A stretch of DNA of 64,000 nucleotides from a virus (Duplodnaviria > Heunggongvirae > Uroviricota > Caudoviricetes). Location of the stretch: IMG/VR virus record IMGVR_UViG_3300017917_003521; one strand, 5' to 3'. A program made the position numbers and the translations under genes. Each line of letters opens with the position of its first letter. The stretch's first letter is position 1. Of the stretch, positions 28,927-37,851 are shown in pieces. The notes below the pieces were generated by a model. That model was not told the DNA's origin. It did no database searches and saw only the letters and a program-made list of their open reading frames with translations.

Positions 28927-29369
28927 TGAAAAATAAAATTAGAATTAAGTTAGTTTCACCAACTTCCAATAAGTTAGCATTTGTTAAACTTATTAAAGAT
29001 TGTAGTGATATGGGTTTGAAAGAGGCAAAAGATATTTGTGACTTTTTACATGCGAATCCTGGTGTTGTTAAAGAATTCGAAACTAGAAAAGTTGACTCTA
29101 ATGGTAATCATATAGACTTTAGAAAAAAGTTTGCTAATGATATCAAAAGTATTGATGGTAAATTTATTGTAAATGGTGGTTCTCAATGGGAGAGAGATGT
29201 AAAAATGCTAAAGCTTGGTATTGGTGACACATCTGACTATTGTGAGGTTATCAAAGAAAATATTTTAAATAGTTTGGATAATTCAGAAGAGCTACTTAAC
29301 TTTGTACTCTCGAAACTTTCTAAAAAAGAATTAGAAGAAGTTTTTAATAAAATCAATATAGAATTATAA
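28926..29369 (+). CDS. protein with N-terminal ribosomal protein bL12 C-terminal-domain-like module
   Basis: 'IKLVSPTSNKLAFVKLIKDCSDMGLKEAKDICDFLHANPGVVKEFETRKV' aligns with the bL12 CTD (FDVIL..[21 protein letters not shown]..VKE), including the hallmark GLKEAKD. Confidence 0.5.
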   Translation: MKNKIRIKLVSPTSNKLAFVKLIKDCSDMGLKEAKDICDFLHANPGVVKEFETRKVDSNGNHIDFRKKFANDIKSIDGKFIVNGGSQWERDVKMLKLGIGDTSDYCEVIKENILNSLDNSEELLNFVLSKLSKKELEEVFNKINIEL

Positions 29370-29765
29370 ATGGCAAACGCTTGGATACATTCAAAATCTT
29401 CTGCTCGTAAATACGGAGGAGAACCAGAAGATTATCTTAATATTCATATAAAAATGGATTGTTCAAAGGCTTATGTTGCTGATAACAGACACAGAGCATT
29501 AACACACACTAATTTTTGGATTCATGAGGTAATGATACCTATTTTTGGTTATACAATGACCAATTCGGCTGGAAGAGTCGTATCTGTCAAAGATATTTGT
29601 GAACAACACATACTTGAAGACTTTGGTATGAAGTTTATTCCTACCGCACAAGATTACATTGAAAACATGGAATTTAAAGACTGGATGCAAAATGGTATCA
29701 AAGGACATCCAACATCCTTTGACAAACTAGCAGAAAAAGGTAATATTAAAGTAAATTTAGACTAA
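29370..29765 (+). CDS. hypothetical protein
   Basis: 131-aa ORF whose start abuts the previous stop. Confidence 0.4.
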   Translation: MANAWIHSKSSARKYGGEPEDYLNIHIKMDCSKAYVADNRHRALTHTNFWIHEVMIPIFGYTMTNSAGRVVSVKDICEQHILEDFGMKFIPTAQDYIENMEFKDWMQNGIKGHPTSFDKLAEKGNIKVNLD

Positions 29766-29768
29766 TAT

Positions 29769-30494
29769 ATGATAGTAGTTTGTAAAAGACCAACTAAAAG
29801 ACTTGTCAAAGGAGTTCAATATGAAGTCGTTAACTTATGGAATTCCGGTAATAATCAAAGATGGCAAGAAGGAAAAGTTCAAATATTAGGAATTGGAACA
29901 TTCATAGTTGATAACTTCACTGATGTCAATGGAAATCCTCTTCCGAAGACAGATATTATTACTCCTCTTCAACCGCTTCAAACATTAAAATTTGAAGATT
30001 TGAAAAAAGGTGATATTTTAGTTTGTACATCAGATAGTTATAAAACCTTGGGTAAGGGTTGCATGTATCAAATTGAAATATTAAACCAAAAATCTAGTCA
30101 GAGAATAGGTTGGAATAAACAACCCTATACACACACTGAACAAAAAATTAAATTTGTTGGTATACCTCGTACAATTAAATTTAGTAGTTGGAGGTTTAGA
30201 AAACTCACACCACAAGAATCTCGTGAGATTTCTTTAAATTCTGTTTTACATGGTGAAGAACCTGTAATTGTAAAATCAAAAGATATTCGTAAGATTGAAA
30301 TGGCTGCTAACAAAGAGTTAGAATTAATGACAGCTCTTTCAAAATCAATAATTGATCCTAATAGACATCACCTATCTATTTTAGATTGGGCTTGTCAGAA
30401 ATCAGGTGATAATCTTGGTATTAATACTGAAGACTATTCATCAATGATGAATATGAGTCTAAAAGATATTCTTGAAAAAATCGAAACAAAATAA
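29769..30494 (+). CDS. hypothetical protein
   Basis: 241-aa ORF. Confidence 0.4.
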   Translation: MIVVCKRPTKRLVKGVQYEVVNLWNSGNNQRWQEGKVQILGIGTFIVDNFTDVNGNPLPKTDIITPLQPLQTLKFEDLKKGDILVCTSDSYKTLGKGCMYQIEILNQKSSQRIGWNKQPYTHTEQKIKFVGIPRTIKFSSWRFRKLTPQESREISLNSVLHGEEPVIVKSKDIRKIEMAANKELELMTALSKSIIDPNRHHLSILDWACQKSGDNLGINTEDYSSMMNMSLKDILEKIETK

Positions 30495-30516
30495 AAATAA
30501 ATTATATACAATAACT

Positions 30517-31005
30517 ATGACAAATGACAAGTTCGCAGTTTTGAAAGAAAAACAAGCAGAAATTGAAAAACTGAAAAAAGAAATGTTAGAAGCGTCTAAC
30601 AAGATTTTTACAGACCTCACAAAAACAATTTTTGAAGATCATCCTAAGGTTGAATCTTTTGGATGGACACAGTATACTCCATATTTTAATGATGGTGACA
30701 CATGTACGTTCTCTGCACACACAGACTATATTTATTTAAATGGAGAAAGTGTAGATGAGGCTAAATGGTTAAGTCCTGTTAATGTTAAAACTTGGGGTAC
30801 TTGGAACCGTGAAAAAAGAGTTTATGAAGGACGAGAAGAAGTTCCTAATCTGGATTACGATAAAGAATTAGCTGATGCGGTTGAAGAGATTAAAGAGTTT
30901 CTTCATCACTTTGATAATGACTTTTTCTTATCCCAATTTGGAGACCACGCTGAGGTAACAATAACAAGAGAAGGTGTTGATATTAATGAATGTGAACACG
31001 ATTAA
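30517..31005 (+). CDS. hypothetical protein
   Basis: Internal ATG (MTNDKFAVLKEK) of track ORF 30472-31005, which avoids overlap with 29769-30494. Confidence 0.4.
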   Translation: MTNDKFAVLKEKQAEIEKLKKEMLEASNKIFTDLTKTIFEDHPKVESFGWTQYTPYFNDGDTCTFSAHTDYIYLNGESVDEAKWLSPVNVKTWGTWNREKRVYEGREEVPNLDYDKELADAVEEIKEFLHHFDNDFFLSQFGDHAEVTITREGVDINECEHD

Positions 31006-31055
31006 TAAGTAACAATTAAAATAGTAAATAATAAATTAAATTAAAAAAAAAGAAA

Positions 31056-32969
31056 ATGAGTAACATTTTAGATTTTATGTCAAATTATTGGTGGATTGGT
31101 GTAATCCTCCTTTGTGTAGTAATGTATCGATTCATTCTACGAGTATTCTTCGGTCTTGTGATTGTACCAGAAGATAAAATTGGTTTAGTAACCAAAAAGT
31201 TTGTTCTTTGGGGTGAAAACATGGAGTTAACAGGTGACCGAATCATCGCAACTAAAGGTGAAGCTGGTTATCAAGCAGAAACACTATCACCTGGTTTACA
31301 TTGGTTTATGTGGCCTTGGCAGTATTCAGTGGATATGCAATCATTCATTGTTATCCCTGAGGGTCATATTGGTCTAGTATCTGCTAAAGATGGTTCTGTT
31401 CCAAAAACAGGTCGAATCTTGGGTCGTAGTGTTGAGTGTGAAAACTTCCAAGATGCAATGGCTTTCTTAAACAACGGTGGTCAAAAAGGTAGACAAGCCG
31501 CATTTATTCCAAATGGTGTTTATAAGATTAATACACACTTATTTGAAGTATCTGCTGTTAAACAGGCAACTATTCAAGAGAATATGGTTGGTATTGTTAC
31601 TACTCTTGATGGTGAGCCACTTGAGAATGGACAAATTGCTGGTAAAAACGTAGAGGCTCATAACAACTTCCAAAACTTTGACCAATTCTTAGAGTCTGGT
31701 GGTAACCGTGGTCTACAACAACAAGTTATCTTGGCTGGTTCTTATAACTTAAACCCTTGGGCTGTTCAAGTTGAAGAAGTTCAAATGACTGAAATTCCTA
31801 TTGGTCACGTTGGTGTTGTTATTTCTTATGTTGGTGAAGATGGTGTTGACGTAACTGGTGCTAACTTCAAACACGGTAACTTAGTTGGTAAAGGACAAAA
31901 AGGTGTTTGGGCTGAGCCGCTTGGACCTGGTAAATACCCTGTTAATAAATACACTAACAGAGTTGAGTTAGTTCCAACTACTAACCTTGTATTGAATTGG
32001 GCATCTGCTCGTACAGAGTCTCACAACTTAGATAAGAACTTGAATACAATCACAGTTCGTTCTAAAGATGGTTTCCCATTCAACTTAGACGTGTCTCAAA
32101 TTATTCACATTCCAATGACAGAAGCACCAAAAGTAATCGCTCGATTTGGTAATATGAATAACCTTGTATCTCAAGTACTTGAGCCTACAATTGGTAACTA
32201 CTTCCGTAACTCAGCTCAAGACTCTGATGTTATTGCTTTCTTAACAACTCGTAAAGAACGTCAAGACTCAGCAAAACAACATATCTCTAAAGTATTAGAT
32301 GAATATAACGTTTATGCTGTTGATACTTTGATTGGTGATATTGTTCCACCACAAGAGTTGATGAAAACTTTGACTGACCGTAAAATTGCTCAAGAGCAAG
32401 AGGTGACTTTTGAAACTCAAAAGAAAGCCGCTATGTCACGTCAAACATACGAGAAAGAGACAGCTATTGCTGATATGCAAGCAGAGGTTGTTAAAGCTGA
32501 CCAAGGTGTTCAAATTGCTGAAAGACACGCTGACGCTTCTGTTAAGAAAGCAACTGGTGATGCTCGTTCAGTTAAAATTAACGCTGAAGCACAAGCAGAA
32601 GCTACCAAGTTGAAAGCTGAAGCAGATGCTACAAGAACATCACTTATTGGTAATGCTGAGGCTGAAGCTATCCTTTCTAAGGGTAAATCTACAGCAGAAG
32701 CTTACAAACTAGCCGTTGAGGCGATGGGTAAAGAAAACTTTACAACATTTAAGGTTACCGAAGAGATTGGTAAGAACGGTGTGAAAATCATGCCTGACTT
32801 GTTAATCAATGGAGGTGGACAAAGCGGGAACGGTGCAATAGATGGATTATTGGGAGTTCAAATTCTTAATATGATGGGAAACCAAGTTAAGACTTTGAAC
32901 GACACAACAGTGAAGTCGGTAGAAAATTCTGATGAGCCTGTTGAAGACTCTAAAAAGAGTAAGAAGTAA
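31056..32969 (+). CDS. SPFH/band-7 (flotillin-like) membrane protein with C-terminal coiled coil
   Basis: N-terminal TM 'WWIGVILLCVVMY' and an SPFH core '...LIGDIVPPQELMKTLTDRKIAQEQ'. The C-terminus is a long A/E/K-rich coiled coil, followed by an intrinsic terminator at 32985-33018. Confidence 0.65.
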   Translation: MSNILDFMSNYWWIGVILLCVVMYRFILRVFFGLVIVPEDKIGLVTKKFVLWGENMELTGDRIIATKGEAGYQAETLSPGLHWFMWPWQYSVDMQSFIVIPEGHIGLVSAKDGSVPKTGRILGRSVECENFQDAMAFLNNGGQKGRQAAFIPNGVYKINTHLFEVSAVKQATIQENMVGIVTTLDGEPLENGQIAGKNVEAHNNFQNFDQFLESGGNRGLQQQVILAGSYNLNPWAVQVEEVQMTEIPIGHVGVVISYVGEDGVDVTGANFKHGNLVGKGQKGVWAEPLGPGKYPVNKYTNRVELVPTTNLVLNWASARTESHNLDKNLNTITVRSKDGFPFNLDVSQIIHIPMTEAPKVIARFGNMNNLVSQVLEPTIGNYFRNSAQDSDVIAFLTTRKERQDSAKQHISKVLDEYNVYAVDTLIGDIVPPQELMKTLTDRKIAQEQEVTFETQKKAAMSRQTYEKETAIADMQAEVVKADQGVQIAERHADASVKKATGDARSVKINAEAQAEATKLKAEADATRTSLIGNAEAEAILSKGKSTAEAYKLAVEAMGKENFTTFKVTEEIGKNGVKIMPDLLINGGGQSGNGAIDGLLGVQILNMMGNQVKTLNDTTVKSVENSDEPVEDSKKSKK

Positions 32970-32984
32970 TCTTCATACTATTCA

Positions 32985-33018
32985 AAAACCCTCTGATTAA
33001 TTTCAGAGGGTTTTTTTA
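32985..33018 (+). terminator. intrinsic terminator after SPFH gene
   Basis: CCCTCTGA / TCAGAGGG stem followed by TTTTTTTATTTT. Confidence 0.65.
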
Positions 33019-33031
33019 TTTTAAAATATTT

Positions 33032-33286
33032 GTGTATATTTGCCTTATGTCAAGAACTCAAAAAGGTGATATATTGATTTGCTCAACAAATAAGCTTTAT
33101 GGAATGAAGCAGCTATTAGTTGTTGGTGAACAATATAAAGTTGTTGATATATATGAAATGACTGAAAAGAAAATAGTTGATGTGATTCGTGTAAATACAA
33201 ACGAAAGGCTAGGTCTATTTGATGATAGACATTTTATACCAATAGATGTTTGGCGAGAATTTCAACTAAGAAAGATATTAGAATAA
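33032..33286 (+). CDS. hypothetical protein
   Basis: 84-aa ORF. Confidence 0.35.
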   Translation: MYICLMSRTQKGDILICSTNKLYGMKQLLVVGEQYKVVDIYEMTEKKIVDVIRVNTNERLGLFDDRHFIPIDVWREFQLRKILE

Positions 33287-33798
33287 TGTTAAAAGGTAAA
33301 GACATATTTACATTTGTAAGATTTGGTGGTCTTGATTTGAAGAATCAAAAAGGATTCTCTCAAAATCCAGAGACTTATCATCAACCACCTGCAACTCGTG
33401 GTTTTTATGCTATGCCTAAAATTGCTCAAGAGTTCTTTCTTATTGGTTCTTTAGATTCTACTCAACCTGGAACTTTTGCTAAAAAGACTGAAGATCCTAA
33501 CTATCAAAAAAATAAACTTCGTCAAATTCGTAAAGAGTTTAGAAAAACAGATGGTGAAATCTGGCATCATCTTGAAGAATATACTGATATAAAAGATGTT
33601 CTTCAAAGACATGGTTCTTGGGTTAAAACTGATATCAAAACTTGGGCTAAAGCCTTTTCTAAAATGTCTACTATTATGAGATATGGTAGAGCCAAATATG
33701 ATTTAGATTATGGTATCAATCAACATGGTGATGGTAAAGGAGTTGTTGGTTGGTACTCTAAAGACCACTGTGAAGTTTTCTTTGATGAAAAAGTGTAA
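33286..33798 (+). CDS. hypothetical protein
   Basis: Internal ATG (MLKGKDIF) of track ORF 33250-33798. Its start overlaps the previous stop in a TAATG arrangement. Confidence 0.4.
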   Translation: MLKGKDIFTFVRFGGLDLKNQKGFSQNPETYHQPPATRGFYAMPKIAQEFFLIGSLDSTQPGTFAKKTEDPNYQKNKLRQIRKEFRKTDGEIWHHLEEYTDIKDVLQRHGSWVKTDIKTWAKAFSKMSTIMRYGRAKYDLDYGINQHGDGKGVVGWYSKDHCEVFFDEKV

Positions 33799-33800
33799 TT

Positions 33801-34544
33801 ATGTATAACAAGATATATGACTTTTGTAAAGTAAGAAACCTTGGTAGTGTTTATTCTAATACAGATGAGCCTACACCAAGGGTTAAATTCATTACTGATT
33901 TATTAGAGTCAGAAGGAATTGACTATGAATTAGATATTTTTAAGTCAAGAAATATTTCTTGTTACAACATTATCATGAAAGGCAATTCAACTAAAATGGT
34001 TGTTGCTCATCACGATATTAGTAATCCTAATATTGATAATGCTAATGATAACTCAGCTTCTGTTATCAATGCTATTATGATTAAGAAGTTATTACCAGAA
34101 ACTAATGTTGTTCTATTAGATGGTGAGGAATGTGGTGGACTTGGTTCTCAAAGATGTTCAGAACAAATTAATGAAGGATATTTCGGTAAAATTGATTGGG
34201 TTCTTAATTTAGAACTAACAGGTAAGGGTGGTAAATACTTCTTTATTGGTAACTATCCAGGTGTTTTATCAAATCATATTAAATCAATTTTTGATTGTCC
34301 TATTACAAATACTCCTTTTAACGATTCTGTTACTTTTAGAAAGAATGGAATTGACTCTTGTGTTATTAATCCTATTCCACCTTTAAATGAGGGTAAAACA
34401 TCTTGTGTTAAATGGGATGATAATACTTATTTAGATTACTCAATGCTATATAATTGTCATTCTAAAAAGGATTCTATTGATACAATAGACATTCTTGATA
34501 TGAAAGAGTTTGTAGAAGATGTTGTGTTAAAAATTCTAGCATAA
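33801..34544 (+). CDS. clan-MH zinc peptidase-like protein (M20/M28/M42-type)
   Basis: 'VVAHHD' and 'LLDGEECGGLGS' resemble the His/Asp and Glu-Glu metal-ligand motifs. Assignment is weak. Confidence 0.35.
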   Translation: MYNKIYDFCKVRNLGSVYSNTDEPTPRVKFITDLLESEGIDYELDIFKSRNISCYNIIMKGNSTKMVVAHHDISNPNIDNANDNSASVINAIMIKKLLPETNVVLLDGEECGGLGSQRCSEQINEGYFGKIDWVLNLELTGKGGKYFFIGNYPGVLSNHIKSIFDCPITNTPFNDSVTFRKNGIDSCVINPIPPLNEGKTSCVKWDDNTYLDYSMLYNCHSKKDSIDTIDILDMKEFVEDVVLKILA

Positions 34545-34584
34545 AAAATTAATATATACTGATATAAAAAATTCAGTTTTATTA

Positions 34585-35046
34585 ATGAAACATTTACAAA
34601 AATTTGAGGCATTTAGAAATCCCTACATTGATAGAAGAGTTCCTTCTAAGCCTAAAGAAATAGCTTATCTAAAAGAACCTGTTGAAATCAGAATTGATGT
34701 TGAGAAAATAACACACGCTGGTGATAGACAGTGGAGACACGGTCTTGATGAGAAAATAACAGATGAAGATATTATTGATACAATTGAATTAGCAATTGAA
34801 GAATTAACAATTGCACTAATGCAAGATAAATTTAACATCACTCAATTAGAGGATGATTATCCGACTAAAGGTGTAAGAGCTGGTCAACCAAACAGATTTG
34901 TAATTAGAAATAAAACAAATGACTTAAATGTTGTTTGTCAGTTGACACCAGGTGATAATGAATTTAAATTAACTGTAATCACAGTTATGAAAAAGCCAGA
35001 TTTTAGAGCATACTCTGGTCAATATGTAATTGAAGTAAAATCATGA
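34585..35046 (+). CDS. hypothetical protein, MKHLQKFEAF N-terminal family
   Basis: N-terminal family motif. Confidence 0.45.
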   Translation: MKHLQKFEAFRNPYIDRRVPSKPKEIAYLKEPVEIRIDVEKITHAGDRQWRHGLDEKITDEDIIDTIELAIEELTIALMQDKFNITQLEDDYPTKGVRAGQPNRFVIRNKTNDLNVVCQLTPGDNEFKLTVITVMKKPDFRAYSGQYVIEVKS

Positions 35047-35522
35047 AACACTTAAATAGATTTAATGAAAGTTGGACACCTGATGAAAGTCGTCTAATGA
35101 AGGATTTTACAGAATCTGATAAAAAATTCTTTGATGAAGTATTTGCTGAGTTTATTGATTTAGGTGCCAAATCCGAATTATATGAGAGTAAAGTGACTCA
35201 CTTTGAAGGTCGTGGTGGTTCTGGTAGATACGAACAAATGGTTAAAAGATATAGAATATATGTGGATTTAGCAAATATGGCTTCTAAAGGTAGATCAATT
35301 GGTAGTAGATTAGTTGACTTGGTTAGATATACAGAATCTTTGAATGAGTTATTATTAGAGTTGTACTCTTGTATTAGTAAGATTAAAGAAGAAGAAGATT
35401 ATAAGTATGTTGGTACACACAGTTATAGTAATAAAAATTCAAAAGTTAAGTTAAATCATGAAGGATATGATGAAAGTGAAGTACCTGATAGATTTAATAT
35501 CGTATTAGAATTATATAAATAA
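35043..35522 (+). CDS. hypothetical protein, MKHLNRFNES N-terminal family
   Basis: N-terminal family motif, 4-nt overlap with the previous gene, and a terminator downstream at 35526-35552. Confidence 0.45.
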   Translation: MKHLNRFNESWTPDESRLMKDFTESDKKFFDEVFAEFIDLGAKSELYESKVTHFEGRGGSGRYEQMVKRYRIYVDLANMASKGRSIGSRLVDLVRYTESLNELLLELYSCISKIKEEEDYKYVGTHSYSNKNSKVKLNHEGYDESEVPDRFNIVLELYK

Positions 35523-35525
35523 AAA

Positions 35526-35552
35526 AACCTCAGATTTCTCTGAGGTTTTTTC
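35526..35552. terminator. bidirectional intrinsic terminator between convergent genes
   Basis: AACCTCAGA / TCTGAGGTT stem, A7 upstream and T6 downstream. Confidence 0.65.
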
Positions 35553-35568
35553 TTTCTGTAAAAATCTA

Positions 35569-36666
35569 TTAACCAACGGTCAAGAAGATTTTACGGGACA
35601 TTCTATCCACTGAAAGAACTTTCACTTTGATATCTTGTCCTTGTGAGAACCTTTTACCAAGTTTTTCCATTTCTGAAGTGTGGATAAGACCAACAGTTTC
35701 GTCATCAAGGTTCACTAAAGTGCCAAATGCTTTGGTGTCTTTAACAGTACCTTCAATGATTTGACCATTTTTAATTGTGTCCCACAGGGTCTCTCTCAAG
35801 ATTTGAGTAAGGATAATTTTATCCTTAATAACCTCTTTAATGTAGAATTCAATTTGGAATCCTGGTGAGATTGAAGATAACTTCTCAGCCCAGTCTGGAT
35901 TAACATTTGCTTTATGGATCATTCCAGTTAAGCACTCATTGAACTCAACAAAGACACCAAATGGAGTTGTACCGGTAACGTGACCACTGTACACTTTGTT
36001 GTACTCCAATTCCTTAATTGCTTCAGGAATTAAAGTTTGAAGATACTTACGTCTTGAAACGATATAAGTTCCTTCGTTTTGGGCATAAGATTCAATCATA
36101 ACATTGAATGTTTGTCCAACAATTGAGTTAGGATCGTGAAGCTTGTTAATACCAGCAAGTGTATTTGGCATAAAGCCTGGTAATGTTACACCACCGTGTG
36201 TTAACTCAACATCATAGCCAGCTGGGTTAAGACTCTTAACCGTAACCATTACTGATTGACCTTCTTCTAAGGATTTTAAGTTAGCGTGTGCTCTTGACTC
36301 ATATAGAGAAGAAACACTTCCTTTAATCATAAAATTATCTTGATTAATATCAGTGATTAATACATCAATTAAGTCACCTAAATTAAGGTTCTTGAAGTAC
36401 TTAGATTCACTAACTCTATCCTCTATTCTAACGTCATCTTTGTATCCTGGTACACTAAATATAAATTGGCCTGCTGACTTACCAACATATTTAGCAGATA
36501 CAACTTGACCTTTCTCAGGGATTGCAATTTCATCAAGGTTATAAAGCTTTAGCATTTCTTGATACTCTTTTGTGTTTTTGTTTCGAGTACCTTTTTTTGA
36601 AAATTTAACTTCTTCAAAGACGTCCATTAAATCTTCATTACCGATTGTGTTTTTTATCATATTCAT
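35569..36666 (-). CDS. ribosomal protein S1-like protein (four S1 RNA-binding domains)
   Basis: Repeated S1-type OB folds, e.g. 'GQVVSAKYVGKSAGQFIFSV' and 'GQIIEGTVKDTKAFGTLVNLDDETVGLIHTSEM...GQDIKVKVLSVDRMSRKIFLTV', parallel the S1 repeats (G.v.G.V....GaFV.l.....GLvH.Se). Confidence 0.55.
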   Translation of the reverse strand: MNMIKNTIGNEDLMDVFEEVKFSKKGTRNKNTKEYQEMLKLYNLDEIAIPEKGQVVSAKYVGKSAGQFIFSVPGYKDDVRIEDRVSESKYFKNLNLGDLIDVLITDINQDNFMIKGSVSSLYESRAHANLKSLEEGQSVMVTVKSLNPAGYDVELTHGGVTLPGFMPNTLAGINKLHDPNSIVGQTFNVMIESYAQNEGTYIVSRRKYLQTLIPEAIKELEYNKVYSGHVTGTTPFGVFVEFNECLTGMIHKANVNPDWAEKLSSISPGFQIEFYIKEVIKDKIILTQILRETLWDTIKNGQIIEGTVKDTKAFGTLVNLDDETVGLIHTSEMEKLGKRFSQGQDIKVKVLSVDRMSRKIFLTVG

Positions 36667-36723
36667 ATTTTTTACAAGTTACAAGTTAGTATATTGATTA
36701 CATGTTTAATTGTTTAGATAATA

Positions 36724-37137
36724 TTAAAAATTTCTTTTGATATTATTTCTAGTCATATAATCTCGAACTCTTGCTGCCTCTTCATACTTTTCTTTTTTGA
36801 TTAGGTCATCAAGCTTACTATTAAGTTCTTTAGTTATTTCTTCTATATTTTTTTCTTTTGAAAGTTGTTTTATATCATCAATAAATGAATTATAGAAGTT
36901 TTCCATTTGTGATATATCCATAAAATAAACTGGAACAGGCATAGGTAACATCTTTTGTTCAGATGATTTATCCTCTTCTAATTCTTTTAGTTTATCACTA
37001 TTTTTGATTTTTTTAATAAAATCTTCAGTTAATGCAGAATTCTCAACTAAATACTTAGCCAAGTGATAAGGTCTGTTTTTAAACATTTTTAAAAGTATTA
37101 CTAAACTACGATATAATTCCTCATTTTCCATATTCAT
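36724..37137 (-). CDS. hypothetical protein with C-terminal UVR-like motif
   Basis: 'KYEEAARVRDYM' resembles the UvrB/UvrC UVR motif (EEAAxxRDxI). Confidence 0.35.
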   Translation of the reverse strand: MNMENEELYRSLVILLKMFKNRPYHLAKYLVENSALTEDFIKKIKNSDKLKELEEDKSSEQKMLPMPVPVYFMDISQMENFYNSFIDDIKQLSKEKNIEEITKELNSKLDDLIKKEKYEEAARVRDYMTRNNIKRNF

Positions 37138-37161
37138 TTTATATGATTATGGTTAACTTGT

Positions 37162-37851
37162 TTAGATCTTTTCAAATAAAATGCTAAAATAATAATCAAA
37201 GTTATATGAACTTGATGGTTTTTCCTGAGTGAATAAAACCTTTATCTCTGATTCATCATAAGATAAATCAACTTGTCTTTTTTTCAATAGATTAGAATCT
37301 GATATTATTGTAGAATTCCAATTATTTTTATATCTTAAAACATTCTGACTTCTTAAATCTGTGTAAGATACATACATATCTAGTCTACTAAATTTATATC
37401 TATTTAATACATTTTTATCAACGTACTCTCTTATTGCAGTATTTATGTCATTTGTTTTTGTTAAAGAATTACTTATTCCTTCAAATGTTCTATATCTTTT
37501 AAGAGTTGAAAATAAATAATCAGTTAATATATTTTTGACGTTAATATTTAATATCCACTTTGTATTGGTTTCTCTTTGAGAATCAAATTGAGAATCATCA
37601 ATACTCAAATTGTGATTAAGTTTCATATTATCTGATGCTGAATAAACCATTGTTTGTAAAGATGATTCTGCTGCTAAATCAATTTGTTCACCATTACTTC
37701 TTTGATAATAGATAATATTTTGATTAGATATGTAAACATTATCTTCTACATCAAGCATTTTAGAACCAAAGAAATTACTTTCCTCTACCATATTAAAAGT
37801 ACCATATATTGGTGTGTTGTTGTATTCTGGTGATATATAACTTCTTCTCAT
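37162..37851 (-). CDS. hypothetical (structural-block) protein
   Basis: 229-aa ORF abutting the 1370-aa gene. Confidence 0.4.
   Translation of the reverse strand: MRRSYISPEYNNTPIYGTFNMVEESNFFGSKMLDVEDNVYISNQNIIYYQRSNGEQIDLAAESSLQTMVYSASDNMKLNHNLSIDDSQFDSQRETNTKWILNINVKNILTDYLFSTLKRYRTFEGISNSLTKTNDINTAIREYVDKNVLNRYKFSRLDMYVSYTDLRSQNVLRYKNNWNSTIISDSNLLKKRQVDLSYDESEIKVLFTQEKPSSSYNFDYYFSILFEKI

Noticed and set aside
36724-37137. UvrC/UvrB-like repair protein
   Set aside because: Only the roughly 12-residue UVR interaction motif (EEAARVRD) is present. No GIY-YIG, helicase or other repair domain accompanies it, so it is kept as a hypothetical protein with a UVR-like motif.
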